Of a DNA stretch of 64,000 nucleotides, positions 36,401 to 51,400 are shown in pieces. Each line of letters begins with the position of its first letter. Position 1 is the first letter of the stretch. The translations under genes and the position numbers were made by a program. The notes beneath the pieces are model-generated. The model worked only from the letters and a program-made list of their open reading frames with translations, did no database searches and was not told where the DNA came from. The DNA comes from Lytechinus pictus (taxonomy: Eukaryota), in assembly GCF_037042905.1 (NCBI RefSeq), contig NC_087246.1, forward strand, positions 59,396,001 to 59,460,000. Reading direction: 5' to 3'.

Positions 36401-39400
36401 ACATGTACAGTGCACACAATGTACGTATACATTATAGCAAGCATATGAAAATTACAACTCAATTTCTTACATATGTGAACTTTGTGTGTGTGGGTGTTTG
36501 TGTGTGTCTGGGCATATTTGCTAATAGCCATTTCTACCAATATTTGTTGCATATATCTTTCAATTGCAAATTTCAATGTTTTATCTCAACCAACAAAATT
36601 ACTTCTTAGTTCTTGATACTGTATAAATTTCATAAAATCCTGGATGTACATGTTTCTGTGATTCTAGCCAGGAGGCATTTGGAAAGTTTAAAAAAAATGA
36701 AACAATGGAACATACATATGATAAATATCAAATTCAAATGTCAAATTTAGACATTTGAACAGCACTTAGTTGGACAAAGTGATGAGTTGTCTGGAAGTAA
36801 TGCCATCAAAGAGTATTGGTAGTTTGATATACTGTATGTACATTACATGTAAAGTTAAACAGTATTTCAGTTGCAGGCATTTAAGCCAAGTTTTAAGTTC
36901 CAAGTTATGTTCATCATAATCAATCCATTACAACTTTTACTCTGATTTTTGTCACATTTTTATTTTTACCTTGGCCATATTTAAAAAAGAGTGCATATAG
37001 TAGTATTAGCTTTTGATATTATTTTGAAATGTATTGGATATTCAAATTGTATGGTAACAAGATTGAAGATACCATTGTCATGATCAGCCCTGCATATAGT
37101 GATTTACATTACATTTAGATTATATCCTCTTCCATTTTCTTTGCTCATTTATCATTTTTTTCAGCAAATTTACCTTGAGGAGTTGAAGCAAGCCCCTGTG
37201 CATGATGGATTCCCCAATCAGGATGTAAGTATATGTTGAAGCAAGGGTACTGTAGCAAATAATTTGTAATTAGCAACAGTAGTCATGTAGAATCTTACTG
37301 TATTTTGGGGGGTCATATTCATTGTGCCTCAAATTTTCTAATGGTATAGAAATTCTCCCTTACTTTTTTTAACCTTTCTTTCCTTGTCATTTGTAACCCC
37401 GATGATTAAAAAATTATGAAAAAAAAATAAAATAATGGAAATTACATGTAATAAATAACAAAGGATTTGATGAACTATTTAATAATTAATTGCAAGGAGT
37501 TGATCTTGGAATTTTTATTGCAGACCTTGTAGTTATTGAGGGTAGGAAATCATTTTCATTGCAACAAGCAATTGTTTGGTAAATGCAAATACATGTATCA
37601 TAATTCTGCCATATATGTATGATCCTCGAGTTCATAAATATTGTTTAAAAAATTGTTTCCCCAAAGCATTCAATTTTAAGGGTGATTTGAGCTGTGATGA
37701 AGGCAAAGTCGTCTATCATCCTGTAATGTATGCTGTCATTGCTTTGATTAATTTTCTGTACTTTTTTGTTCTAGATTGTTGATGATGAGTCTGTTGCATC
37801 TAATTCATTCATTCAGCAGTATCTTAAGCAACAACAGGAGCAGCTGAAGCAGAGACATGGTGAATAATAATATTTTGAATGATTATCATGAAGAAATTTA
37901 ACTTGTTGCTTCCAAGTGGTGGGTAGCATACATGTACATGTATCTAGGCAGAGGCTGCAGCTATGTGTTTGCCGTTATGAGACTTAAACATTCATGTATA
38001 TGGGTAATTAGGCATCACTGATTGTCTTGCACAAGTCTCTGGTCACATGATCAAGGTCAAATGTCATTTTGTGTGAATGAATGATATGAATGGTGTGTTT
38101 TATGCATCGTTATGCATCGTAGTTGTTTTCAAAGTCAGGACTGCTGCCATTTTAAATCGCGTAATGCAGGCAAACTGCCAGTGCCAGAGGCATTCCACAT
38201 GTATTATTAACAAATATCGGGCGAAAGTTGTTTTTTTTTATGAAAGAAAGAAAGAAAACCATGGCAAAAGGAAGAAGTGAGAGTATAGGTATTCCACTGT
38301 GTGTTTTCTCACTGCATTAGACATATCGCTGATGTTTTAGAGCTGCAACTTACCTACCGGTAATTAACAGGCTAGGACCTGGGTATCTAGAGCTACATGT
38401 ATACAAATTAACCTAGATTAAGTGCGTAATTCTTCTATTCCTATGTATGACAAATTTTTGGTGGCTTTGCTGATCCTGTTTGTCTCATTCAAGTCCCACA
38501 TGTACATGTACATATATTCAAGTTAGTAATCTAACATCAACTGAAGAAATCTATCTTTCAGGGTCATGCAATGATGATATTCATCATTTCATTGGTTTCC
38601 TTCAACCGAATCAAAATACTTTCTATAAAATATGGACAATAGGTTAGCATATCTTGGATGTAAAAATGTTACATTTGGATTTTTAAGCAACTTTTACTGA
38701 CTTTTTGCCTCACCATTAGTTGACAAAATAGAATGTAATTTTGTATGTTTTTGAAGCAATGATGTTCATATTTCTTTTTGTATCATAGAGAGAGATCGAG
38801 TTGTGGAAGCACCACCAGAAGTTGAAAAGGGTGACGACATACCTGAAGGGCTAGCAAACCAGGTTGATGAGCTGAACCAGTCTTTGAGCCGTAGCCAGTC
38901 CGAAGAAGCTGACAAAGAACCAGACGAGGCAAGGAATGGGGAAGGTGTAGTGGATGAAGGAGCTGAAACTGCCCAAGAGGAACACACCACCTCCAGCAGA
39001 TCATCCAGGAGATCAAGGAGACAGAGTGCAAAGCAGGAGGAAGAGGCGGAGGTAGAGCCAGAGACCAGGAGCACCAGGAGGAGGACCAGCTCCAGAGTTA
39101 AAGAGCAGGAGGAGCCAGAGGAGATGAAGGCACCACCTCAGGAAGTAGAGCAGATACAGACTATTAATGAAGTTGGGAAAAGATCTGAATCTGAGGCGAT
39201 GCAAGATGAGGCAACAAAGGTTGTTGAACCATCTGCACCAGAAGAGGAGATGGATGTAGCAGAACCTGCTCCAACTGGAGATGCTGAAAATGAAGCTACA
39301 ACACAGAAAGTAGAAATTGAGGAAGCAAAAGAGAGTAGGGCTCAGGTTGAAGAGACAGATGATGCCCAAAGAGATGGGAGTGTCCCAGATTCCGCATCGT

Positions 39401-42400
39401 CTGAACAGACTGAAGAGAGAGAGGAACAATCCAAAGTCACAGAAGACCCAGTTTCTACAGAGCCAGAGAGAGTAGAGCAAACCAGATCAGCAGAAAAATC
39501 TTCTGGAGAGGTTGCAGCAGATGATGCAAGTGAAGACAAAGTCACCATCCAAGAACAAGTTGCACCAGAAAAAGAGGCAAGTAGTGTAGAAATTGGGGAT
39601 GCTTCTGAGAGCAAGGAAGAACAGTTAAGAGAAATTAAGCAGGTCTCCACTCAAAAGAGAGTGAAGCTCAACAGGTCTACTAACCTCAGTCGTGGTTTGG
39701 GATCCAAGACAGCAGATGAAGAGACGAGACCTGAGAAAGTTCAAGTCAGTGAACCAGAGGTATCTGAAAAAGGAGATGTTCAGACGAACCTGGATGAAGA
39801 TAAAGATACCAGCTCAGCTCAGGAAGTGGTTGAGAAGTCTCCCAGAAAGCGGATAACACCTCCCGATGATGAGGATGATCAGGGTCAACCTGACACCACC
39901 TCAAAACGCAGGAAGACAGAATCAGATGGTGAGGATACAGACAAGGGACCAGAAGAAAGTTCCCAACCAGTTACCAGTTCAAGGTAAGTTTATATCCTTT
40001 ATTCATAGAAATTTAGGGAGTTATTTGTGTGTTTTTCCTTGAAAAGATGACTTAAGAGGCTGACCTGCTGGTCATAATATCACTTTATGCCAAAAAAGAC
40101 AAAGGTTGCTTTGAAATAAAGGGTTTATGCAGATATCTTGAATTATTTACCCTTAATTTGCATGCATGTAAAGAAAGGGTTCAATAATGCATGGCTTTTG
40201 TCAAAGGGTGCTAAATTCTCACTTTTTGCAATTGTTTGAGTCCATTGAGCATGTAGATTAATTAAGATAAATAATAAAAGTCTTATCACTCTCATGTACA
40301 TGCTCAACTATATAGCAACAAGCATGAACTTTTACAAACTACATTTTGTACATGTACATCAGACCCTCTGATCTCCCTCAGTGGAGCTACTTAATGCATA
40401 TTTACTGAAATTTGCATTAATTGTGGTCTAACAGAAAAAATATCTTAGGACCACCTATGTGATTTCAGGTCACTACTTTATTTCCTCCTAAGAGAACTTT
40501 AAGAAAAAGAAAAAAAATTGGATTACTAAGCTTTATGAATAAGATTTCTGAGGAGAAGCTGTTAAGAGTTTTCATTCTCAACCTCATGTACATATATGGT
40601 TAAATGGACCTATAATCATGTGGGACTAGTCCAAAGTCATCAAGGTGTTTTTCACTGGTGCCAGGTATTAATTTGAAATAAAGAAATGCATAAGAAAATT
40701 CATTGTCATCAAAGATATTGAAAATTTACCAGTTAAAAACTTAACTTATTTAACTTGATATTGAATTTCAAACCTGTAATAGACCAAGTGGGACAATGGA
40801 ACTAAGTTTATCTCCCGCGATTTTCTTTATTTTCTTCTTGAATTTATTAGCTGGTAACATTATGGTATTGTTACATTAATACCGTGCTTTCGATCTGCGT
40901 TGGGGAGCACTCGGTACGGGGAAGTCAACAGACCGTTGCCGTACTCGAGCTACGTTCCCGTCCTGTTCTAAAGCCTTTTTGTTCGCGCTATTGACACGTG
41001 TGCATGTCGCATGTATTGTTCACATGCAATTGCCGCTCTTCTATTATATCGAAGCGGACGCTATTTTGCTCGATGATCATCTCAAATTCGGCGGTATGGA
41101 GAGGTTTTAGGAGGTTGTGCATGCGCAGATCAATTTTCGGCTCAAGTTACCGTCCTAGATTTCTCCCATCACATATGGAAAGCATTTTAATTATGTACAA
41201 ATACAGTATGTAGGTGCAGCCATATTTGTTTGTAATTACACTGCTGGAGTTTCAATGCCATCTTATTTAGGAAACCAATGTTTTGTATGTAGGCCACAAT
41301 GGAATTTTTTTTTGTCTCGCCTGAATGAAGTTCTGTTCGGCAGAGACCTTTTTCGTGTTGTTCTGTTAGTTACAAAAATGTTGAAGTTTTTGTTCAACCT
41401 GCTCTCATGTCTGTATTTCTGCATCAACTATGTTCACTCTTGGTACATATGATCCTTGGGCATTACCACATATGTGTCCATGAGGATGAGTTTACTGAGG
41501 CATGGTTTGTGATTTATTTTATACAAACATAATACAAAAAAGGAAACGTAAGTTCGAAAGTATAATCATATATCACAAATAATTTCATAAAAAATAATAC
41601 ATTTGAGCACAATGGAGAAGTATAATACAAGCTCAGTTAAAAAATTTGGATCATATGAAATCATAGAAGAATAACAAAAAATATTTGTGTAAATGGAGAA
41701 GAAGGGAAGGAGGGGAGAAGAGAATGAAGGTTAAGAAGAAGAGGAAGAAGAGAGGAGAAAAAGTGAAAAGGTAGAAAGAATACAAAAAGAAAAAGGAGAG
41801 AAGAATACAAAAAGAAAAAGGAGAGATGGAAGATAAATCACATAGACTGATATGTTGATAATTTTATGCAAACATGAAACTAATCTATATTCTTTATGAC
41901 ACTGACAGTGGTATTCTCTAATGATGAAATTATGTTGGGTTACAGAATGTGAACTACATGTATATTGCAATATTACCCCCCCCCCTTTCCCGATCCAAAC
42001 AAGGTACATTACAACATTGTAAACCTATTCATTATCCCTCCCCTATACAGTGCATATAAAAAAAAACGGGACAGATTTGAAGTCTATAAAATTTTTGTTT
42101 CAAATTATGATGTCTATATTTTGGTGTAAATAGGTGCTCTTAAGGTCTTATCTTTGAAATGCAATAAAAAAAAAAACTTTGTTCATGTTTGAACGAACAC
42201 GGGACGTTTTTGTTGGTAAGTTAAAAAAGAGGCTTGCGCCAGAATTGCAGAATATGAGTAATATGATGATCAGACTTCTTGCTAATCAGGAGACTTTCTC
42301 TTGACCTTTTCATTATCTGTGCCACAATTTTCGAATTATGCTGTCAAATTTTATTTATAAATTTATTTATTTACTTGAATTATTTTGTTTTTTCATTTAA

Positions 42401-45400
42401 ACTTCTCTTACCTTTTAATTTTCCTTCATAAGTAACTGAGAAAAGAGGATTTTTTGTCAACCCAAGCAAAAAGATTTGCATTATTAATTGGGAAAACTTG
42501 TGATTATTCAAATCCTTTTATTATTGTGAAACAAATTATTTTATGTACCTTTAAAAGACATGAATCTATTTTTCAAGGGGTCATTGATTCCTTGACCAAG
42601 TTTAATTGCTTGACAAGAAACACAGGAAGGGATTCATGTCTTTCAATGACAATGGTGTATCGAGTCAATTTTGAAGGAGCTAGATATGGCAGATCGGGTA
42701 AAATGTATTAAAAAGTTGTGAGCGAGTGAAGTGAGCACGCAAATATTCCCACTTTTTTATTACAATATCAAATTTTGTGATAGATTTGACATAATATTCA
42801 GAAAATAATATCATATTTTACTTTTCTATCTTTCCTTTTATTTCCTGTCCACTTTTTTTCTTGGTCATGATTTCTTTAATTGAGGGGGGGGGGAGCATCC
42901 CAAGCCCCCGCCCATCTGTGTGGCATTGTTCAAAAGGTACCATAACCTTTGGAGCACACAATGAAAGGATTTGAAAAAAAAATCCACGCTCTCCCATACT
43001 TCGGTTGAAACAAAATTGTTTTAGCTTGAAGAAGGAATATTCAAAGCTAACAGAGAGCATATTAAAAAGAAACAACAACAGAACAATTCAAGCAAATAAA
43101 TAGATCTGAAAATGAATTTTGACCGCATGATTTGAAAATTATGGCAAAGATAATGAAAAGGTTAAGAGGAAGTCTGCTAATTAGCAAGAAGTCCGATCAT
43201 CATATTTATAATTTTATGCCATTTTGGTGCAAGCCTCCTTTTTAACCCCAGACAAACACATTCCGTGTTTGCTCAAGCATGAACAAAACTAATTTTTTTT
43301 AATAGCATTTGAAAGATAAAACCTTAGAGCACCTATTAACACCAAAATATAGACATTATAATTTGAAACAAAAATTTTATAGACTTTTCAAATCTGTCCC
43401 GTTTTTTTTATACGCACTGTAGTACCGCCAACACAAAAAGGCATATGTTGGACAGTATGTATTAATATCGCTTGGAAAAATAAAGTTGATATTTTATGGA
43501 ATTACGTGCTTATTTTGCTCATTTCTCAGCACTTAATGCATTTTTTAGAGAGCCAATTGGCACATATTTTTTTTACTTATAAATACAAACACTTGGGTGG
43601 TCATTTTATTGGATTCTGTTCAAACTCATTTTGAGATTGTTACCACAACTGGTATTTATCTTTAAAGTATTATACATGTGTAAAGGGGTACTCCAGGTAA
43701 AGAATGATTTGATTTTAAAGGAGAATGAAATCTTTAGAACAAGATAGCTTGTGTGAAAACAGAAAAATCAATGAAACAGATCAAAGAAAGTTTGAGAAAA
43801 ATCTGACAAATAATGAGAAGGTTATGGGCATTTGAATATTGCGATCACTAATGCTATGGAGATCCTCATATTGGCAATGCGACAAAGATGTGTGATGTCA
43901 CTTGTGAACAACTCTCCCCATTACATTAGCATATATTTCACTTACATTGCCTCTTTTATGACACCTACTTGTATCAGTAGATCATGTATTCTTTCTATAG
44001 GAGGGCATGTACATGTATGTAATACAGATTTTTCAAGAATACATCATGGATATTAAGAGTTTGTATATCACCATAAGAAAGAGCAAAAAGAGACATTTCG
44101 GGGGTATTTTATAGTCCATCAAAGGGAAAGTTGTTCCCATCCTTGTCGCATTGCCAATTGGAGGATCTCCATAGCATTAGTGATTGAAATATTCAAATGC
44201 TCATAACTTTCTCATTGTTTGTCCGATTTTTCTCAAACTTTCGTAGATATGTTTCTTTGATTTTTCTGTTTCGACACAAGCCTACTTATTGCACAGGTTT
44301 CATTCCCCTTTAAGTTTTGAACAGATAAAGTAAAATCAGACAAAGTAAATACTTAAAATTTCATCAAAATTGACTAGAAATATTACATTTTAAAATTTTG
44401 CAAATTATTTTAGTGAAATGGTCGGAATGCATGTCTTCATGAAAGATATGCAAATGAGCAAGCTTACAGTATGATGTCATTTCCGCACTTAATATACTTA
44501 TATATTTTATTGTATGAAATTTTATTTCTTTGAATTTTATCCTCCAATAATATAAAAAAAATGGATTCCCTAATGATTTGATCTGTAAAGTAATCACTGA
44601 TGCAACTTATTTTGTTACAAGGGAGTAATATATGTACATGTCATCGGCGTTCATTCGAACTATCGTATCAGTCAATTTGGTCAAAAACTCGGTTTTGAGA
44701 TTTTTGCAGAAAATGAATGTACACGTCCTATTCTATTCATAACTGAATTTCTAGGCAGCAATTTATTTTAGTTTCTGAGATATGAGAGGATTTTCACGGT
44801 GATGCCATACATACAAATTTTTAATAAAATGCGCAAATCCAATTGGAAACGTGTACTGTAGCAGAGCGATTCGACGTTTTGACTGACCACGATTTCAATG
44901 TGCGTGGTCAGCCAAGCTGTCATATCAGCCATCTGCACGGCATTGACTTTGCACGTGAAAAGTTATACAACGTTTTGACTGACCGCGCGCATTGTTGTAT
45001 TCCCTATGGAATTTTTGTACAGGGGAAATCTAAACCGCTCAAACCGAAATTACAAGCATGGAGCTCTTCTGCGGTTTTTTCTCTGATCCTTGGTTTTGTT
45101 TAAAAATAAGGATACCATTGTCAAGCAATTGTCTTGGTCTTTCCAACCATGTATTTTTCTTGCAATGAATATGTCGTAAGGCTGGAGAACTAAGTGTAAA
45201 AATTATAGTAAAATTTGAAGTTGATTTTCTCTGAAATGGGTTTGCACCGTCGTATGTGGATACGACGGTTCGGATGACCGCCGACGATTTATCATACAGA
45301 CATATGAGATAATTATGATTTCATGTCTATGTAATAACACCATGAGAAAAGGCAAAGTGGGGGCATGACATCATCATCATCAGGCATATACATGTAGGTT

Positions 45401-48400
45401 CACTGTTTTCACATAATATTGGAAATTGAAATCCAGTATTATTTATCATATTGAATGATGAAACTTTTTGCATTTCGCTTGGCGAACATTACTTTCATGT
45501 ATTTATACAGATAATTATTTTCAGCCTATATTCCTTTAAGGCTACCCAACCAGTAGGCCAATAGAGAGAAAGAAATACCCCAGGGGTACATGCAGGAGGC
45601 AGGTGCAGCCAACCCCCCTCCCTCCCATTGAAAGGAAAAATATCAGACAATAAAAGGAGAGAGGGAGAGTTGGGGACTATTTTGTGTTGGACTGTTAAAA
45701 AGAGAAGTCTGGGTTATGGATTCCTATATTGAACTTTTATTTATTTCATTGAAAAAAAAGAAGAATAATTGTCTCGTCTCTCCATATGCTGTGCCAGCCC
45801 ATCCCACCAACTCCCCCTGCCCCCCCCAAAAAAAAAGATAATGAAATGAAAAAATTAAAATGAAAGTGAAAAATAAAACTAATATAAAAAATGAAAAGAT
45901 ATATTTTTGAAATGAAAATAATTAGAGAAGACAAAATACGAGATTCAGGTAGAAAGAAAGTACAATAATAAGTCATCTTTTGAAAAAGATAAAATTGAGA
46001 AATTTAGATTATGAAAAACTGAATACATGCCAGGCGTCGTAATGTACAATATTTGAATGAGCATATTTCATTTCAATTTGGCTAATGGTTGAATACAATT
46101 GCAATCAGACAATAAACAAAACACAAAGTCATGTACTTTGGTCCTGCAGTCTCCATGAATGTACTAGTACCTGGGTATTATAATCATGAAGTCCATTATG
46201 CTCAAATGTCTGTGTGTGTATGGATTCTTTTGTGTGTGTGCACCTCTATGCACAATCACACACATGCACATGCATGGCATTTCAGCACAGCATTCCACTC
46301 CATGATGTCCTGTCTGTATGCAATGAATACAGCACATGTGAAAACCAAGGTCTATTCCTGCCCTCTGCAATGTGTATTGTCCATTAGGTTTCCACATGGC
46401 TGTCTGCTGTGCTTCACACTTTGGAGATTAATTTATGCAGTTAGTAAATGAACTACTAAGGGACCTACAGTCCCATTTTGGATTACCCTCAGTTATTTTG
46501 CCAGGATATTTTCTGACAGAAGGAAGGATGAGTCTATCCTTTTTATAGGAAATGTAAGCATTTGGATTTTGGAGGAACAGATCTGTGGCGTAAGAGTGAC
46601 ATGATCGAAGAAGATTCTCGTGACTGCGAGCTGCGTGGGCCATCGATTTACCTTTATTGTATTAATATTTGCACGTCATTTTCTCTTTTCCTTACCTGTA
46701 TGTGTTCAGTTTCTGAAGTTTAAAGAGTCTTTTTAAAATGTTTTTGTCGATTTAAAGGTAAATGCTAGTTTTGGTAACGATATCAAAATGAGTTCGTACA
46801 GAATCCAATTAAATGACCACCAAAGTGTCTGTTTGTATAAATAAAACATATGTGCCAAAGGATTCTGGAAGAAATTGTGTAATTGCTGAGAAATCAGCAA
46901 ATAAGCACAGGATTCGGGTAGAGCGTTGGGCCCAACATTCGAAGCAATAATTATACACTGTCCCACGTGCGCTTATCTGTGTTGGGGATCTTCAGCCTGA
47001 ACATTTTTCAGCGTAGATTTCAAGATTTCACAAAGTTCAGTTTATGTAACTGTACCAGATCTAGATCCTCGATGATATACTGACAATTAAGCCTTGTTTT
47101 ACAGACTTTCTCATGAAATCAGTGATTACTGCAACTACTGGAATTTCTCTTTATTAAAACATGTTTAAGAATTTCTGAATTATGTGAATTATTTTAACTT
47201 TTTAAGAGAATATAAATATGAAGACGGGTAATAAATACATTCATCCTGTATCTTGTGTTCTGTACTAGGAGCATGATCATGATAATGCTTTTAAGTCCAC
47301 CCCAACAAAAAGTTGATTTGAATAAAAAGAGAAAAATCCAACAAGCACATTACTGAAAATTTCATCAAAATCGGATGTAAAATAAGAAAGTTATGACATT
47401 TTAAAGTTTCGCTTAATTTCACAAAACAGTTCTATGCACATCCTGGTTGGTATGCAAATGAGGAGCCTGATGACGTCATCCACTCACTATTTCTTTTGTA
47501 TTTTATTAAATGAAACATTATAATTTTCTCTTCATTGTCAAGTGAAACACAATTAATTCCTCCCTAAACATGTGGAATTGGCATTGTTGAATATGGTTCA
47601 GACAAGTTGGTCCTTATTGTCCAATCTGTAGAAAATGAAATATTGTATAATTCAAACAATAAACTAAAGAAATAGTGAGTGAGGGACATCATCGACTGTC
47701 TCATTTGCATGTCACTAAATTTTGCATATCACTGTTTTGTGAAAAATACGTTAAGCGAAACTTGAAAATGTCATAACTATTTTATTTTACATCCAATTTT
47801 GATAAAATTTTCAGCGTTATGCTAGTTTGATTTTTCTCCATTCAAATCAACATTTTTCTGGGATGGACTTGACCTTTAGTGTTTTCATTTTAGATGCAGA
47901 TATTGGGTCACATGCATGAAAAGTAGCAATTGTTTTTGCTAGGCATTTGCTTGATTCAGTATGCATAAAAATGAGTGAGCAAATGCTTTAGCTAGTAGTA
48001 GTAGTAAGCTCAAGCAATTATCAACTGCCTGCTACCATTTGCTTGACGATTAAGCTATAGCTAAAAAGCGTATGCATAAACCCAACCTTTTGGTTGTGTG
48101 TTTAAGCATTTGCTTTGGTTTTTCCAAGCTCTGTCAGAGCAGCTTGAGCTGAAAGTTCGCATTTTATAAAATTCCATGTTTATGCATGTAAGAAAGAATC
48201 CAAGGTGTACAGTAGCCTACACGGACATGTTTTCCGGGGGGGGGGGGGGCAGTCAAATATATTGCTGTACAGGGTGTTTTTTCAGTTATGGACGCGGGCC
48301 GCGTGTGCACTCGTTACGGGTATCAAAAACACAGATTTTCAAGAAAAAGGGTGGTTTTGAAAGACTCGTCAATGGTCAATCGCGGGGTCAAATGTATTTA

Positions 48401-51400
48401 GAGGGTTTTTTTTTTTCCAAAGCTTTTTTTAAAAGACTAGCCAAAAGTGTTTAGGTTATGTTTTTTCCCCCAAATTTTTTTTACCCGAGGTCATATTCTG
48501 GAGACAACTTGTTATAGGACTGTACTGAACTTTGTTGAAATAATTCCCCAACAGCCTAACTGACTATAAAATGACATTTTCATCCTTGAAGTGAAATTAT
48601 TCCCTTGTATGGCTTCATATGCCTGATGCACTCAAGTAGCGCGCAGTGGATTGTACACACGACACTGCCATCATATTCGGCTGCATTAATAGCAGTATCT
48701 TCATAAACAAATCTGAATTAGCCACATTAACTGTAACAGAAAATATGCATGTTAACCTTTCAAGCAGTCATCAAATGTATTTATTCTTGTAGTTCAATTC
48801 ATTCTACTCCTTATCTTATTCATCCTCTCAGGCATGTGTGCAGTTTTTTTAAAGGATATTATGAAGAATTTGGAGTTTCACTAGTTATGAATCAAGTTCC
48901 TTTGTCTTTCCATTATCTGTGTTCGCGAGTAGGGAAGACGGAGCGACTGCCTCTGAAGGGAAACTGGTTGCCATGACGATGGGTACTGACGAGGGAAAAG
49001 ATGATGCTGCCTCTGCCGAGACTCCAGAGACGAATGAGACAGAGGATGGAGAGATCAAAGAGGAAGGAGAGGTGAAGGAAGAGGAAGAACAAATGGAAAC
49101 TGAACCGGGAGTGGAAAGTAACAAGGAAAAAGAGACTGAACCATCTCAAAAGGTAAAAAAACAAAAACAGTTGGTTGATATTGAAAACGAAGCTGTCATG
49201 ATCAAATATAAATCGACCAAAGTTTTTAAAAAACATTATACTGATTTTACTCCAGGGCCTTTTTCATAAAGACTTACAAACCATGATAACTTTGCTATTA
49301 TAACAACTACAATGGTTACAGGGCTCAGCAGCCAATCATAATCAAATATGTTTATTGTGTAGTTACAAATGGGAAAGTTACCATAGTTACATGTAACCCC
49401 TGTATGAAATGGGTCCCATGAAGCATGATTTTGTTCATTTATCTTGGATTTCATATAACAAGAACAGAAATGCATTACCCACTGAATTTGAATAAATTAC
49501 GGGATATTTTTATTTGGCATATACTTTTTTGCACTAATTTGTGCAGTGAACTCAAGATTAATTTTGTGCATAAAAATGAGGAACATGATTTTAATGCTTT
49601 CCAATTTGTCGTATCCAATTTAGAAACAAGACAGAAAAAGAAACATTTAAAAAATGATTAGCCATGTTCATTTTGTGTAAATATGTATGTATGCCTAACT
49701 ATCATCTAGCCCCGCAAGCTTAGCATCTGGCCTGTGACCTGTACAACCCGGTTAGCCCTTGGGAGAAAAGTGCCCTGACCTACATGTATGTCAAGATATA
49801 TGCAAAATCCTGTGTGTTCAAGAATCCGAAGGAGTAGTGTTGTTTGTGAAAATATAGAAGAAGGAAGAATGCTACAACTGAAGCAGAATATGGTATATCA
49901 GTAAAGTCACCTTGGTCTGAGCGATGTCATGACCAGACATTGCAGTTTAGATCTCCAAGTCCAACCGTTTATGCAGATGATTGTCTTCCCTAGAAGGCAT
50001 CGCATCTTGGTTAAACTATCTTCGCAGAATATATCAAGCAGAAAAGCTTAGATTTACTGTCATTTCAGACTCCTGAAATCATGCATCAATGTAGTTTGTA
50101 TCAAACTACTCATTATGGATCTACAGGCGTCATGAGAACACTTTGCGCTCTGCTCTGAGAATGTGCTACCTACATGTAAAAGACCTCATTTTCTAATCTC
50201 AGAGGAAGATACTTGGCTAATCAAAGGATCATCAACTTAGGTGAAGTGAAACATCAAAAAAAAATCTGAATTATTGTTTGACTGGAGAGAAAAGTGACCA
50301 GCTTACAAATGTGCTCCTGCAATGTGATCCGATTCCAAACCCGTCATAAATTCTATTTTAGATGAGTCTTTGAAGAATGATTCGATTAAAGCCTCTGCCA
50401 TCTGCTAAGGAACTCTTCTTAATAACTCATCTACCCGTTTCTCTGGTTTATGTGTAGTTCTTTCACTGCTACATGTAGTCATCATCAGCAATTCAGACTT
50501 GGCAGTGTTCACATCTAACTCCCCTCTCGAAAAAAGTTAACATTTCTATTCTGAGACATGACAGGCAGAATGTACAGTACAATCCATCATCAGTCTTCAG
50601 GAGAAGTCTTGCCAAAAGCACCATCAGCTTTTGGCATATTGGTTGTCATCGCACATCAAATGTCAACGTAACTCCACGTACATTGAGTTGGCAAACACCA
50701 GGAAAAACATGTATGGATCCTTTATCAAGACCAAAGTCTTCTCTCCCCAATAATGTTTCCATCAGACATTTTACTTTGTTTATAAATGGTGACCATCTAA
50801 ATGGCCATCATTCGGTGGAAGATGCAGAATGTACAAAGGAACATCAGTTTTCAGAAGAACTCTTGCCAAAGCACCTTCAGCTTTTGGCAATTCAGCTTTC
50901 ATCGATTACCACACCTCCAACTTCAAATGAAATCTTCATATCATTTCTTTACATAACTTCAAGAAAGCTCATATGGACCCTTCTCAAGAACTTTATTATT
51001 ATTACTGGAATATGAATCGCCTGCAGTGTCTTCTACGATACATCGTCTGTAATCATCATTCTTTAGGACTGAAGGATTAAATATACTTCAAAAGCGACTC
51101 CAGTATACAGTTCTGTTTAAAAAAAAAAAACTATTTGGACAGTGTCATCGACTCATCGCTGTTTCTACAACAATTCATCCTAATTATCAGGCCGCCTTTT
51201 GTTTTAGCTTATGAAATGATTAGTTCCAAAGCAATATGCCTTCCCCACACTTTATTGTGATTTGTCGCTCTTCAGAACTTTATTTTTGCCTTTTCACCAT
51301 GGACTATTGCATCCTGTGAAATTTTCCTTTGTATCGTGCCACATCATCAACATCATTGTCCGGAGAATCTTCCAATTGATCGAAACTCATTGCGATAAGT

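Larger units (their letters stand above)
43684..45535. mobile_element. Old Kolobok/T2 MITE (AGGGGTACTCC end) split by two younger insertions
   Basis: Left end TAAAGGGGTACTCC, right end ATTCCT-TTAA; pieces at 43684-43718, 44314-44640 and 45288-45535. Confidence 0.6.

Noticed and set aside
38766-39650. Antisense S/F/L-rich ORFs (also ~48885-49236, 55107-55420, 58436-58812)
   Set aside because: Shadows of purine-rich ACIN1 exons.
40915-41150. RNase P/MRP RNA (GGGGAAGTC.. and ..CGGCTCA resemble CR-I/CR-V)
   Set aside because: The two segments cannot form the P4 helix; no 7SK or telomerase template signature either.
49153-49269. Read-through extension of ACIN1 exon 5 as a terminal exon
   Set aside because: AT-rich intron-like sequence ending in a MITE terminus; a canonical donor and phase-compatible next exon exist.
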